Shown one piece after another: positions 46,308 to 55,296 of a stretch of DNA of 64,000 bases (within the stretch, counting starts at the first letter, position 1; each line of letters begins with the position of its first letter). The DNA is from a phage. Position numbers and translations under genes: made by a program. The notes beneath the pieces are model-generated. The model did no database searches. It was not told the origin of the DNA and saw nothing but the letters and a program-made list of their open reading frames with translations. The stretch is taken from the sequence record OZ346151.1; one strand, written 5' to 3'.

Positions 46308-46766
46308 TTAGAAGTTTGTTTTTACACGTCCCTTTTCATCAACCTCGTTGTTGGCTAGAAGCGTTACAAAGTCTGTGAAACGGACATGAAGAACTCTTTT
46401 CTTATCAAGGTATCCTAAAGCCACCCCTGAGAAATTTAGCATCAAAGGGGCTAAAGAAGCTCTGGCACTGAAATGCTGTTGTTCTACCCTTCCAACACCC
46501 TTAGTGTAGGATGGGTTAAGATTGTAAGTTCTGAATCCCAGTTTTGTTGGAGCTTTAGAATTAAAAACAACTTTATAGCGTTTCTTACTCAACTTATGCT
46601 CCAGGATAAGCATTCCCTTATCACCCTTGATAAGTTGAAAATCTGTAAAGTGCTCTTTTAATACGAAAGGTAGTGCCAGTCCCATCGCCTGCCCCCTTTG
46701 TACCGCTGTCTCACCAAAAGCTTTTGCATCAGTAAGTTCTTTGGTCAAGTCTATGCTTTTGATCAT
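46308..46766 (-). CDS. hypothetical protein
   Basis: 152 aa ORF. Confidence 0.45.
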   Translation of the reverse strand: MIKSIDLTKELTDAKAFGETAVQRGQAMGLALPFVLKEHFTDFQLIKGDKGMLILEHKLSKKRYKVVFNSKAPTKLGFRTYNLNPSYTKGVGRVEQQHFSARASLAPLMLNFSGVALGYLDKKRVLHVRFTDFVTLLANNEVDEKGRVKTNF

Positions 46767-47577
46767 ACCTAGTCTCCAAAATGTATTGTAGTTCTTTCTT
46801 ACCTATACTCTTCATTCCGGCAGTCTTACCTGCTTCTTCTTGAAAAGAAGAATAGCATTCAGCAAACACTCTGTCAACACCGTCAACTAAAGATTTTATG
46901 AAATATGTTGATTCTTCAGATTTTGGGTCATCCTCCCCCAATACTTTTCCAGCATTATACCCAACACGTCTTACACAGAAGTCGTAGTCATCTGGAGTGC
47001 TAAAAGAAAATAACTTATTCTCCCCAATCTCTACAGGATCCCTGTTGCACGCCTTTTTCTCCCAAATTTGGAAAACACACGGCACGTCATAAGGTTTGCC
47101 ATTAAGTAGAAACGAGTTCTTAGGGCACCTTTCACTGTAGACAAGGTGCATCGACATGTCCAGTTTGTTTGCAAAAAATATTTTTTCAAATGTCCGTGGC
47201 AAGATGAAGGCTATAGCCCCTCCAAGCTCTAGCAATGATGCACAATGGTTAAAGAATTTGCAAGCTAAAGATGAATTCTTGCCAAATGGTGGGTTACCTA
47301 TGAAGACATCTGCCTTGGGATGCACCTCCAAGAAGTTTGCCTGAATGCACGGTGTTGGTCCTTCAAATTCAGGATCTGGTACTAGATCGTAAGACAGTAT
47401 CTCTGAAAATAGTTTTGAAAAAGAACCCCTTCCAGCAGAAGGCTCAACGTATGCACAATTTCCATACTTATCTTTTACTTTACCAACAAGATATTCTGCA
47501 TACTCAGGGTTTGTGTAATATTTGTCGTTGGACTCTTTCTTGCTCAAAGTGCCTCCAAAAGGAAAAGGGAGGCGCAA
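46729..47577 (-). CDS. DNA N6-adenine methyltransferase (gamma-class, M.TaqI-like motif order)
   Basis: Motif I YVEPSAGRGSF precedes motif IV FIGNPPFG. Confidence 0.7.
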   Translation of the reverse strand: MRLPFPFGGTLSKKESNDKYYTNPEYAEYLVGKVKDKYGNCAYVEPSAGRGSFSKLFSEILSYDLVPDPEFEGPTPCIQANFLEVHPKADVFIGNPPFGKNSSLACKFFNHCASLLELGGAIAFILPRTFEKIFFANKLDMSMHLVYSERCPKNSFLLNGKPYDVPCVFQIWEKKACNRDPVEIGENKLFSFSTPDDYDFCVRRVGYNAGKVLGEDDPKSEESTYFIKSLVDGVDRVFAECYSSFQEEAGKTAGMKSIGKKELQYILETRYDQKHRLDQRTY

Positions 47578-47593
47578 GCCTCCCTATACTTGA

Positions 47594-48583
47594 TTAGATT
47601 ATCTGAATCAGGGTGTTTTTCATTTCTTCTCTGGTACGGATGTTGTTACGGTCACGAACAACAGATCCACAACCTTCGCAGCGATATGTTTTAAATGCAC
47701 TCAGTTGAGTATACGCCAAAGCTTCTTCCTCGTGAAGGTGTTCTCCACCGCAGCGTGGGCAACGAACTTTTGGCTCCTCATCCTGGTAGTACAATGACAT
47801 ATTGGGGTGCTGCTTAGCAAACGGGCGTGCCAGCAAATACAGGCCTTCCAGAGATAGGATATCACCAACATTGTACTCCCGCATCTGTTTAAACGCCTCA
47901 AGATCACCATGAACACACTTGATCCACATTTCAAATGTGTGGTCAATCAGTTTCTGTCGGGCAAGTTGGAAGTATTTGCATGCATACTCCAAAGTGTTTG
48001 CATTCAAACGGAATGCCTTCTTGATCATTTTAAGGGTGTCAACCTCTTTGTATGGGCTTGTTGGAGGCAACCCGTGAAATGCAAATCGTTGGTTTGCCCA
48101 CCCACAGTCAAAACCTGAATTGTGGGCTACTGCGACATCACATTTATCCAGATAATACCACAAGTCCTGAATCAATTCGAGGTCATTGTGAATATCCTCA
48201 TCCCACATTTTGTAATCGGGAAGAGCGCAGTCAACCACACTAGGACTGTCTAACCACTTACCTGCGAAAGTTAGCATATAGGGCATAATTTCAATACCGC
48301 AGGTTTGAATGTTGGTCTTATAGTGCCCAAAGAACCAGCCGTTTGTTGGTGATGTTTCTGTATCATACACCCAAACTTTAGCTCCTTTGTGTTCTTCAAG
48401 GAAGCGCTCAGTTGCTTCTCCTACAATCTCTGACATATTCTCTTGTGCACGTTTAAGCTGTAGTCGGATCCAACTCTCACGTGACTCACGGCCTAAAAAT
48501 TCACGAGCAATTTGTCTATTAGTGTATCCCTGCTGCTTTAGTGTTAAAATTTGCTCAAGAGTTAACTTTGTCATCATCGTCAA
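47594..48583 (-). CDS. DnaQ-like (DEDD) 3'-5' exonuclease with C-terminal zinc ribbon
   Basis: Exo I VWVYDTETS, Exo II AHNSGFDCGW, Exo III REYNVGDIL; CPRCGG ... CEGCGS. Confidence 0.6.
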   Translation of the reverse strand: MTMMTKLTLEQILTLKQQGYTNRQIAREFLGRESRESWIRLQLKRAQENMSEIVGEATERFLEEHKGAKVWVYDTETSPTNGWFFGHYKTNIQTCGIEIMPYMLTFAGKWLDSPSVVDCALPDYKMWDEDIHNDLELIQDLWYYLDKCDVAVAHNSGFDCGWANQRFAFHGLPPTSPYKEVDTLKMIKKAFRLNANTLEYACKYFQLARQKLIDHTFEMWIKCVHGDLEAFKQMREYNVGDILSLEGLYLLARPFAKQHPNMSLYYQDEEPKVRCPRCGGEHLHEEEALAYTQLSAFKTYRCEGCGSVVRDRNNIRTREEMKNTLIQII

Positions 48584-48589
48584 AATTCC

Positions 48590-48811
48590 TTAGTAAAACT
48601 GAAGAATGTCTTTTAAAGCGAAGTCACGATATTCGCCCTTGTCTACATCAAAGGCATGCATCAACCACTGCTCTTCTTTATGATACTCTGTAGAGCCAAA
48701 CCATAAATTAGGCTCAGTAACGCAGCGATCTGCAACAACACCTTTCCAGTTACGGTATTTCATCCTGATCAGGACTGAGTCGCAAGGATTGAATACCTTT
48801 TTCATCCCCAT
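48590..48811 (-). CDS. hypothetical protein
   Basis: 73 aa ORF. Confidence 0.4.
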   Translation of the reverse strand: MGMKKVFNPCDSVLIRMKYRNWKGVVADRCVTEPNLWFGSTEYHKEEQWLMHAFDVDKGEYRDFALKDILQFY

Positions 48812-49355
48812 AGAAATCTCTCTCCTCAGTTTTCTTTATAAACTCCTGCATGTAGGACTCAATAGCCTCATGCTTGGTGCACTCTGGATTAATGACAAGA
48901 TTGAGATCTGATTCTGCTCGTGCAATAATCGTAGCTTTAGAGCATCTCCTCAAGAACTTTGTCATATCATCTCTGTAGTTTTTGTGGAGCGGGAAGTCGC
49001 TGTAGTCTTTCTCCAGATAGTCAGCCATCCGGCGCAACGCCTCTGATAAACTGCAATCTGTATACTCGTTACAGTATTTCATCCAGTATTTAAGCACATA
49101 CCCCTCAAAGGTATTAGTGCACTGAGACAAAACACCCCTGCAACGACCAGTCAGATGATCATGATCTAAACAAGGCTTACGAAGTGGCTCGCACAAGATC
49201 GGATCAAGACCATCCTGCTCCTCTGACAATTCTTTTCGAAAGTTGGCTATGTCCTTAGAATCTTTTAGCCACCCGCTATGAACGGGGGCTTTGACAGCTT
49301 TCTTTCTTATTTTACGCTTTGCGATAACCCCTCCAGATGCGCCCTGCCTATCCAA
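48750..49355 (-). CDS. Endonuclease VII-like (T4 gp49 family) junction-resolving nuclease
   Basis: Motif CLDHDHLTGRCRGVLSQCTNTFEG. Confidence 0.7.
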   Translation of the reverse strand: MDRQGASGGVIAKRKIRKKAVKAPVHSGWLKDSKDIANFRKELSEEQDGLDPILCEPLRKPCLDHDHLTGRCRGVLSQCTNTFEGYVLKYWMKYCNEYTDCSLSEALRRMADYLEKDYSDFPLHKNYRDDMTKFLRRCSKATIIARAESDLNLVINPECTKHEAIESYMQEFIKKTEERDFYGDEKGIQSLRLSPDQDEIP

Positions 49356-49936
49356 TAAGCATCTGCGAGATCGGCCTTACCTTGTACCAAATTGATCCCA
49401 TCTAGGAACCCAGGTTCAGATACTTCGCAGGCCTTAACCATCAACTTTTTATCCATCGTAACAGGTTTCTTCACAGTATGCTCTTTACCTGTCTTTTTGT
49501 CAAGCTTTTTCTTCTCCTCAAAAGCAAGTTCCTCAGGAAGATGACTACGAGCAAACTTTTTGGCAGTTGTTGGTGTCACAGTGTGGACCTTAAACAGGCC
49601 GTCATTTTCACAATCAGCTAAAGCATCCCAAAGCATAACTTCAAGACCGTAAAACAACCCAGCCAGTTCGCGTGTGGCATCCCCGCGTGATCCAAAGGAA
49701 AGCCCTTCCATAACCACGGTGTCAACGCCGTGCGTGTGGATGTAATATCTGACCTGTTTGCAGATCCAGTCAATACGCTCAGCAGCTGTTGCAAAAGAAA
49801 CCGTCCCTGGTTTCTTCTCTTTTGCAGATGAGCTTTGAGTTCGTAACACAACCTTATGAACAGGCTTTCCATCGTCCCATACAACGCAAGCTGTGTGTGT
49901 CAACGACTGGTCTATGGATAATAGACGCTCTCTCAT
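49307..49936 (-). CDS. RuvC-like Holliday junction resolvase
   Basis: N-terminal LSIDQSLTHTACVV, central VVMEGLSF, C-terminal DLADAYWIGRAHL. Confidence 0.6.
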   Translation of the reverse strand: MRERLLSIDQSLTHTACVVWDDGKPVHKVVLRTQSSSAKEKKPGTVSFATAAERIDWICKQVRYYIHTHGVDTVVMEGLSFGSRGDATRELAGLFYGLEVMLWDALADCENDGLFKVHTVTPTTAKKFARSHLPEELAFEEKKKLDKKTGKEHTVKKPVTMDKKLMVKACEVSEPGFLDGINLVQGKADLADAYWIGRAHLEGLSQSVK

Positions 49937-50265
49937 GCTTCCTCGTCCTCCTCTCCTTCATCAGGAGCATAAGCCTTATCTTTGAACAAGACGAGAGAGC
50001 AAAGCTTAACATCTGTTTCCACACTGGTGAACATGCATAACCGCTCGCCCTCAATCAGCTCACAATCCTCTTTTAAAACAGCAGACCATACACGGTCATC
50101 TGCGTAATCATCCGTGTACAGGATGTATGAAATGGTGTCATCTTCATACAACCGCCACATACCTGTGGCAACAACGAATGTATTTTTTGTTTTAAGTGTC
50201 CCTGTTGTGTGATCATCCTCAAAAACAGCTTCCATAATTGCGTTATCTACAGCATTTTTAGTCAT
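49933..50265 (-). CDS. hypothetical protein
   Basis: 110 aa ORF. Confidence 0.45.
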   Translation of the reverse strand: MTKNAVDNAIMEAVFEDDHTTGTLKTKNTFVVATGMWRLYEDDTISYILYTDDYADDRVWSAVLKEDCELIEGERLCMFTSVETDVKLCSLVLFKDKAYAPDEGEEDEEA

Positions 50266-51404
50266 CAGATTGCTCCAACATTTCTAAGAACGTTAACAAG
50301 TTTTGTCTGGTCATTAAATGTCCGCTTCATATACAAACAGTCAAAAATTATACTCATCCATTGACCTACGGAAATTCTACGATCAATACCATTGAAGTCA
50401 GTATACTTAACAACACCTTTCGGGAACCACTTCTTGTACTGATCAATAATAGCCACCCACATCTCCTTTGGAGTGCTGCACTGAGACAGTAGGTAGAATG
50501 CTGAGGCATCCCCGAACTTACCCTTACCGATAAGTCCTTGATACGGCTTGATGTTGTCAGCAGAGTCACCACACAGCATTTGGTATCCGAAGAACAGCAT
50601 CCCGTAACCGCCAACCTCTCCATTGGGCTTCATGAAGATGTTCCCCATACCGTTATCGATCAGCATAGGGGTTTCCCTTACAAAATCTCCCTTATCGTTT
50701 CGCATGGGATCGAACACAAGCCCCGGTAGTGTTCTTTGGTCCTTATCAATAGAGATAATAAACTTGTTGAACTTACCTGTTTTTTGGTAGTGGTTCCAAC
50801 CTTCAAATTGCTGGATAGCTAACCAGTCGTCAGCCTCGATACCGTTGATCACTTGAGCATTATACTGCTTTTGGAGATACTGTCTTGCATCTCCAAGCAG
50901 CAGTGGTCGAAGAGTATTGTTACGGTTGGCTTTATATCTTTCCGGCATGGGAAGATCTAGTCTGAAATTACCTGTGCCTCCAAGTACCCCCACGCACCGA
51001 TCTTCCGGAATACCGAGATAATTAAGGACTGCATTAGCTTTACACTTAATTGTGTGCAAGCAGTTCTCTACAGGATCAGGGGTTTGGATATCCAAGACAT
51101 CGAAATCTTCTCGTGTCCACGGAATAAACTCCTTGCCAGCCTTTTTACATGCAGCTTCACGGTTGGTATTCTCAGCTTTTAACCAACCACCAACGGTGTT
51201 CTTCTGCCGCCCCCAGAACTCTGTTCGTGTTTTAAACATCTTCTTACGTCCGGAGGCTTTGTGTGTTACCTCAATTGTCCTTTTTTCACAACTTGCTGCA
51301 GCTTGATATGCAACCTGATCGAAGTCATAATAAACTATAGCGTCAGGTTCAAGAAGATCAGCCAGACAATCTATGGACTCAATAAGTGGATATTCTCTAC
51401 TCAA
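50265..51404 (-). CDS. 5'-3' exonuclease / flap endonuclease (FEN family)
   Basis: GIEADDWLA and LCGDSADNI motifs. Confidence 0.75.
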   Translation of the reverse strand: MSREYPLIESIDCLADLLEPDAIVYYDFDQVAYQAAASCEKRTIEVTHKASGRKKMFKTRTEFWGRQKNTVGGWLKAENTNREAACKKAGKEFIPWTREDFDVLDIQTPDPVENCLHTIKCKANAVLNYLGIPEDRCVGVLGGTGNFRLDLPMPERYKANRNNTLRPLLLGDARQYLQKQYNAQVINGIEADDWLAIQQFEGWNHYQKTGKFNKFIISIDKDQRTLPGLVFDPMRNDKGDFVRETPMLIDNGMGNIFMKPNGEVGGYGMLFFGYQMLCGDSADNIKPYQGLIGKGKFGDASAFYLLSQCSTPKEMWVAIIDQYKKWFPKGVVKYTDFNGIDRRISVGQWMSIIFDCLYMKRTFNDQTKLVNVLRNVGAI

Positions 51405-51705
51405 AGACCCTCCTGTTAGTTATTCTGCAAGATGGTTGGATGCTGTAATGGAATGCATCATCACTCTCTGCAATAAGTGACTCAACATCCCAATACTTTT
51501 CAAAAAGGAACGGATTAGACCCCCAGTGGTGGGTTATTTTCATCAAGGAGTCTGGTATCATATAACCACAGATCTTAATTACATCGCCAGGTTGAATTGT
51601 GTTTTCATGAAGGTTGCTTGCCTTCTTCAGAATCATACCTTTATGATTCTCGTTTGCATACAACTGGACAATATCTTTATCTTCAACAATAAAAATTTTA
51701 AGCAT
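51397..51705 (-). CDS. hypothetical protein
   Basis: 102 aa ORF. Confidence 0.45.
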   Translation of the reverse strand: MLKIFIVEDKDIVQLYANENHKGMILKKASNLHENTIQPGDVIKICGYMIPDSLMKITHHWGSNPFLFEKYWDVESLIAESDDAFHYSIQPSCRITNRRVFE

Positions 51706-51764
51706 ATCTAGTTCTCCTAGTTTATAGATATCTGACCGATAATATCAGATTAATAACACTTTTG

Positions 51765-52058
51765 TCAAGACTTTTTAGTCTTTCTTGGAGAGCTTTTTGT
51801 TGATCTTTTCCTTTTGTGGTAGATTCCAAGTGCAGCGTTTTCTTGGGCGCACGTTTTAACAGTTCTCAGAGAAGAACTTTCAGCTTTAGGCAGGTTTAAC
51901 TCCCACCAACCGAGCCAGTAAAGTTCTGATTCCGACAGCTGCTCAGATTCAGCCTTCCGATACAATGATTGCATACCTCTAATGATGTCGTCCAGAGGTG
52001 TATCGAATACAAAAGCTGTCTTATCGAATTTCTCTTTTACAGGTCTCTTAGCCATCAA
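51765..52058 (-). CDS. hypothetical protein
   Basis: 97 aa, basic C-terminus. Confidence 0.4.
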   Translation of the reverse strand: MMAKRPVKEKFDKTAFVFDTPLDDIIRGMQSLYRKAESEQLSESELYWLGWWELNLPKAESSSLRTVKTCAQENAALGIYHKRKRSTKSSPRKTKKS

Positions 52059-52494
52059 GGTAACCCTCTATCCACGAAAAGTCAGTCTTCCATTCTGGAA
52101 CTTTACTAAGCTCACGCCACTCTGCAAAGCAGTCTCGGTAATACGCCTCTGCCATACTCTTGGTGATCTTATTCACCTTAGCCAACTGATTAACTGCCTG
52201 AGCATACTTTCCACGGATATTTGCTAACCCAGGATGCACCGATGTGTGACAATCCGGGCACAGTGCTATCAGTCCGACAAGCCGGATCACTCCCTCTTCG
52301 AAAGTGTAAAGTTCATGACACTCCACTGGGTGTTTGCTGCCTTTACCGCCGCACACCTCACAAGTGTAGTTGGCTTCTCTATAGCACTTCTTACGTATCT
52401 TATCCCACTCACTCTTCTTCACAGCGTTTCGGAGGTTATTATACCAAGCTGTTTCTGGGATCAGTTGCACAATAAGCCTGCGTTCAGACTTCAT
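52048..52494 (-). CDS. HNH-family nuclease-like protein
   Basis: ORF track 52048..52563; start refined to ATG 52494; CEVCGG ... HPVECHELY ... CPDCH. Confidence 0.5.
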   Translation of the reverse strand: MKSERRLIVQLIPETAWYNNLRNAVKKSEWDKIRKKCYREANYTCEVCGGKGSKHPVECHELYTFEEGVIRLVGLIALCPDCHTSVHPGLANIRGKYAQAVNQLAKVNKITKSMAEAYYRDCFAEWRELSKVPEWKTDFSWIEGYLDG

Positions 52495-52522
52495 TAAACG
52501 TCCGTCTTCCACGTGTTCTCCC

Positions 52523-52729
52523 TCATTCAAAGAAATGGGTGCGAGGGCAGGAACCTGCCTCACCTTGTTTCACAAGCTCGTAGAGCTCACCTTGACTTGT
52601 CTCATAAAGGCAAATACGTTTACCATTGTCCCGATATACATCGACAAGATACGCTGTTTCACCTGCAAACACGACACCACAGGCCAGACATGCTACCATG
52701 AACAAAATTGCCAATAGAAAATCTTTCAT
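52523..52729 (-). CDS. small secreted/periplasmic cysteine-containing protein
   Basis: 68 aa; N-terminal signal-like FLLAILFMVACLACGVVFA; strong RBS AGGAGG; immediately downstream of endolysin. Confidence 0.5.
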   Translation of the reverse strand: MKDFLLAILFMVACLACGVVFAGETAYLVDVYRDNGKRICLYETSQGELYELVKQGEAGSCPRTHFFE

Positions 52730-52792
52730 GGTTAAGCCCTCCTAAACATTTTATGAGGTAACAATACCACGTCCGTGTGGTTATGTCAATGA

Positions 52793-53263
52793 TCAATCAA
52801 GGACAACACCGCCTGCCTTTTTAAACACCTCGATCAACTTCTCGATCTTCTGTTCATGCTGACCATATCCAGCACCAGGTAACGAAGCCCAGCGGGAACG
52901 GCATTTATGGATAGCCTCGTGGATACGCCCTTCGTCAATGTCGGCGAGAGCCTTGCACTCACGGATCAGTTGCAACGCAATCTTGTCCTGACTGGCGGGG
53001 CCAAAATCTGGCAATCCTAACTGTTCCATGTAGTGTTTAGCAAACTTCTCCAAAACCTGGTAACGACCAGCAGCGGAGGAGGTAAGTTTAGCATTTAGCT
53101 TAACGTACACACCTGGATGCTTGCTGTAATCGCTAAACAGCTTGCCACCAACTATGACATCGTATCCCCGATCCTTAGTGGGTTGCCTACCATTATCTGT
53201 GCCTTCCGAATATGCGATCATGTCCAAGAAAGCTTTTCGTTGAACATTTTTATCAAGTTTCAT
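52793..53263 (-). CDS. Endolysin, lambda R-like lytic transglycosylase
   Basis: 156 aa; QRKAFLDMIAYSEGTDNGRQPTKDRGYDVIVGG ... WASLPGAGYGQHEQK closely matches lambda R as recalled; RBS GGAGAG. Confidence 0.9.
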   Translation of the reverse strand: MKLDKNVQRKAFLDMIAYSEGTDNGRQPTKDRGYDVIVGGKLFSDYSKHPGVYVKLNAKLTSSAAGRYQVLEKFAKHYMEQLGLPDFGPASQDKIALQLIRECKALADIDEGRIHEAIHKCRSRWASLPGAGYGQHEQKIEKLIEVFKKAGGVVLD

Positions 53264-53386
53264 TTTTCATACTCTCCAGTTTACTCATAACTAACACGAT
53301 CAACAACACTACACAGTGTGGTTATGTAGGTGCCGATTGAAAACCATCATTCAATTGGCTACCGTTACCTACTGAACCTTCCTACA

Positions 53387-54670
53387 TCATTCAAGCACCT
53401 CCCAAGTGTCTGGGTTAACATTTCGGACGCAGATACCGACAGGGAATTGGTAATTGTTGTCTTCTGTCCTTGCTTGGTATTTGAAGGTGACAAACTTGCC
53501 GATCATTTCCTGCATCCTGTCATAGCTACGCTCCTCGTGCGTGCCTTTCATCTTCATTTTAACAACAACACCTTCCTTGTCAACACAGATAAGAACACCT
53601 TCATCATTCTTATCTTTCTCAACGTCAATAACTTTCACCTCTGCGTCGTTGAACTTTTTCCATTTCAATGCTTCAGATGTTCGCTGACCATACTCATATT
53701 TACCGCAGAAATTACGCATGATAGTACCTTCATATCCTTCGGACATGAATATACCAACAGATTCTTCGCAATGATCAACTGTGTACGCAAGCTCTGCGTC
53801 AACAACCTTGATATGATCAAGCATCAGAGTGGTAACGGTATCCTCTGCATCCATAAGATCCTTGCAGCGTCCAGACTCTGTTTCTGGATCCCACCACACC
53901 TTGTCGCTAGGAATATCAAAAATGTGATACTCCAGATCGTAGCTACAGTATCCACCGTAACGCAAATCATCACGAACAGGCTCAACATCGACAGGAATAT
54001 CTACCTTGTTGAAGTTTTTGTATGTTGATAAGCCTGCCTTAATTGCTGCATGACGGCGTTTTTTATCTGCCTCATAGTCTTTATCGATCTCGGCCTGAAT
54101 CTCTTCCTGTGTGCGCCACCGTTTAGCAAGAGACACTATTTTCTGCAAAGGAAGACCATGAATGTATAGTTCCCCATCAAGTTGTTTAATCCCAGTGGTA
54201 GAATGGAAAGAACGAAGTTGCTCTAAAAGCTTTCCTTGAATAGGGTAGGACTTATTACCACGGGAAATAAATTTAGGCTCACCATTTTGGAAAACAACAA
54301 GCAGACGAAGGCCATCTAACTTACGCAAGATCCAGCAAGGTAATTTAAGTGCCTTGCCACGCTTCAGGTAGTCATGCACCAGCATAGGTAAAAGATCAAC
54401 ACCCTGCTCGCAATCTTCCATGTTTTCAACATACCCCAGACGGACTTGTTTTTCCCACTTGCTGATAGCCTCAAGCTCGGCCTGTTGCTCAGCTGTAGTC
54501 TCGTTGGCACGACCTACGTTTTTAGGTGTACATACCGTCTCTTTGTACTGCAATTTACCGTCAAGCTTGCCAAACTCTACGATAACCTTTTCGCCATCAG
54601 TGAATACTTTCCACTGTTGGTAGCTGCCATCTTTGTTCAGTGCGTACAGTGTTGTTTTGATTTGATGCAT
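53387..54670 (-). CDS. DNA ligase (nucleotidyltransferase superfamily; ATP-dependent type likely)
   Basis: Motif I KLDGLR, motif III DGELYIHG, motif IV EGTIMR, motif V ALKWKK; RBS AAGGAAGAGG. Confidence 0.65.
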   Translation of the reverse strand: MHQIKTTLYALNKDGSYQQWKVFTDGEKVIVEFGKLDGKLQYKETVCTPKNVGRANETTAEQQAELEAISKWEKQVRLGYVENMEDCEQGVDLLPMLVHDYLKRGKALKLPCWILRKLDGLRLLVVFQNGEPKFISRGNKSYPIQGKLLEQLRSFHSTTGIKQLDGELYIHGLPLQKIVSLAKRWRTQEEIQAEIDKDYEADKKRRHAAIKAGLSTYKNFNKVDIPVDVEPVRDDLRYGGYCSYDLEYHIFDIPSDKVWWDPETESGRCKDLMDAEDTVTTLMLDHIKVVDAELAYTVDHCEESVGIFMSEGYEGTIMRNFCGKYEYGQRTSEALKWKKFNDAEVKVIDVEKDKNDEGVLICVDKEGVVVKMKMKGTHEERSYDRMQEMIGKFVTFKYQARTEDNNYQFPVGICVRNVNPDTWEVLE

Positions 54671-54939
54671 TACTCGGCCTCTTCCTTAAAAATTTTAAAC
54701 ATCTCTTCTTTACTCATTACCAACCAGTCTCCCATAAAGTCAACTAACCAATCTCCCTGGTACAAAACCAAGTTGCCAAACGGCTCAACAAGCTCACACA
54801 TGCGACGAATATCTCTGGTCCGAACAGGTGACGATGTAAACACACCTGTATCAATCCACCGTTGCAGATCAGATACTGATGAAGAGCTTCCATCAAACTG
54901 GTGTGCTTCTACAGGTTTAGCAAGATTAAATAACGGCAT
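54670..54939 (-). CDS. hypothetical protein
   Basis: 89 aa ORF. Confidence 0.4.
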   Translation of the reverse strand: MPLFNLAKPVEAHQFDGSSSSVSDLQRWIDTGVFTSSPVRTRDIRRMCELVEPFGNLVLYQGDWLVDFMGDWLVMSKEEMFKIFKEEAE

Positions 54940-55234
54940 TGCAGTCCTCCTTCTGTAGTAGGTCTTTTATAGGATAAACAAGTAAGTGTGGATCGGAATA
55001 ACGTATAGTCCTATTCTGCCACACTATGAACTTTATTACAACCAAATTTACAATATCTTTATCACCATGTAGCCCAACACACACATTTGTCCATATTTTG
55101 TGGTTGAAGATCTTGCTATCGATGTAGATTTTAGTGTCAAACTTATCTTCCATTCTACCTATAAGTTTGATCAGCTCCTTCATCTGGTCGCCAAACACAG
55201 CATCTTTTTCAAGATCTCTGGAATGCTTGTACAT
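54926..55234 (-). CDS. hypothetical protein
   Basis: 102 aa ORF. Confidence 0.4.
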   Translation of the reverse strand: MYKHSRDLEKDAVFGDQMKELIKLIGRMEDKFDTKIYIDSKIFNHKIWTNVCVGLHGDKDIVNLVVIKFIVWQNRTIRYSDPHLLVYPIKDLLQKEDCNAVI

Positions 55235-55296
55235 AACTAACTACCTCACTGCATACTTTCCATAATAAGTAAAGCCGGGTAATCCCGGCTATGTTG

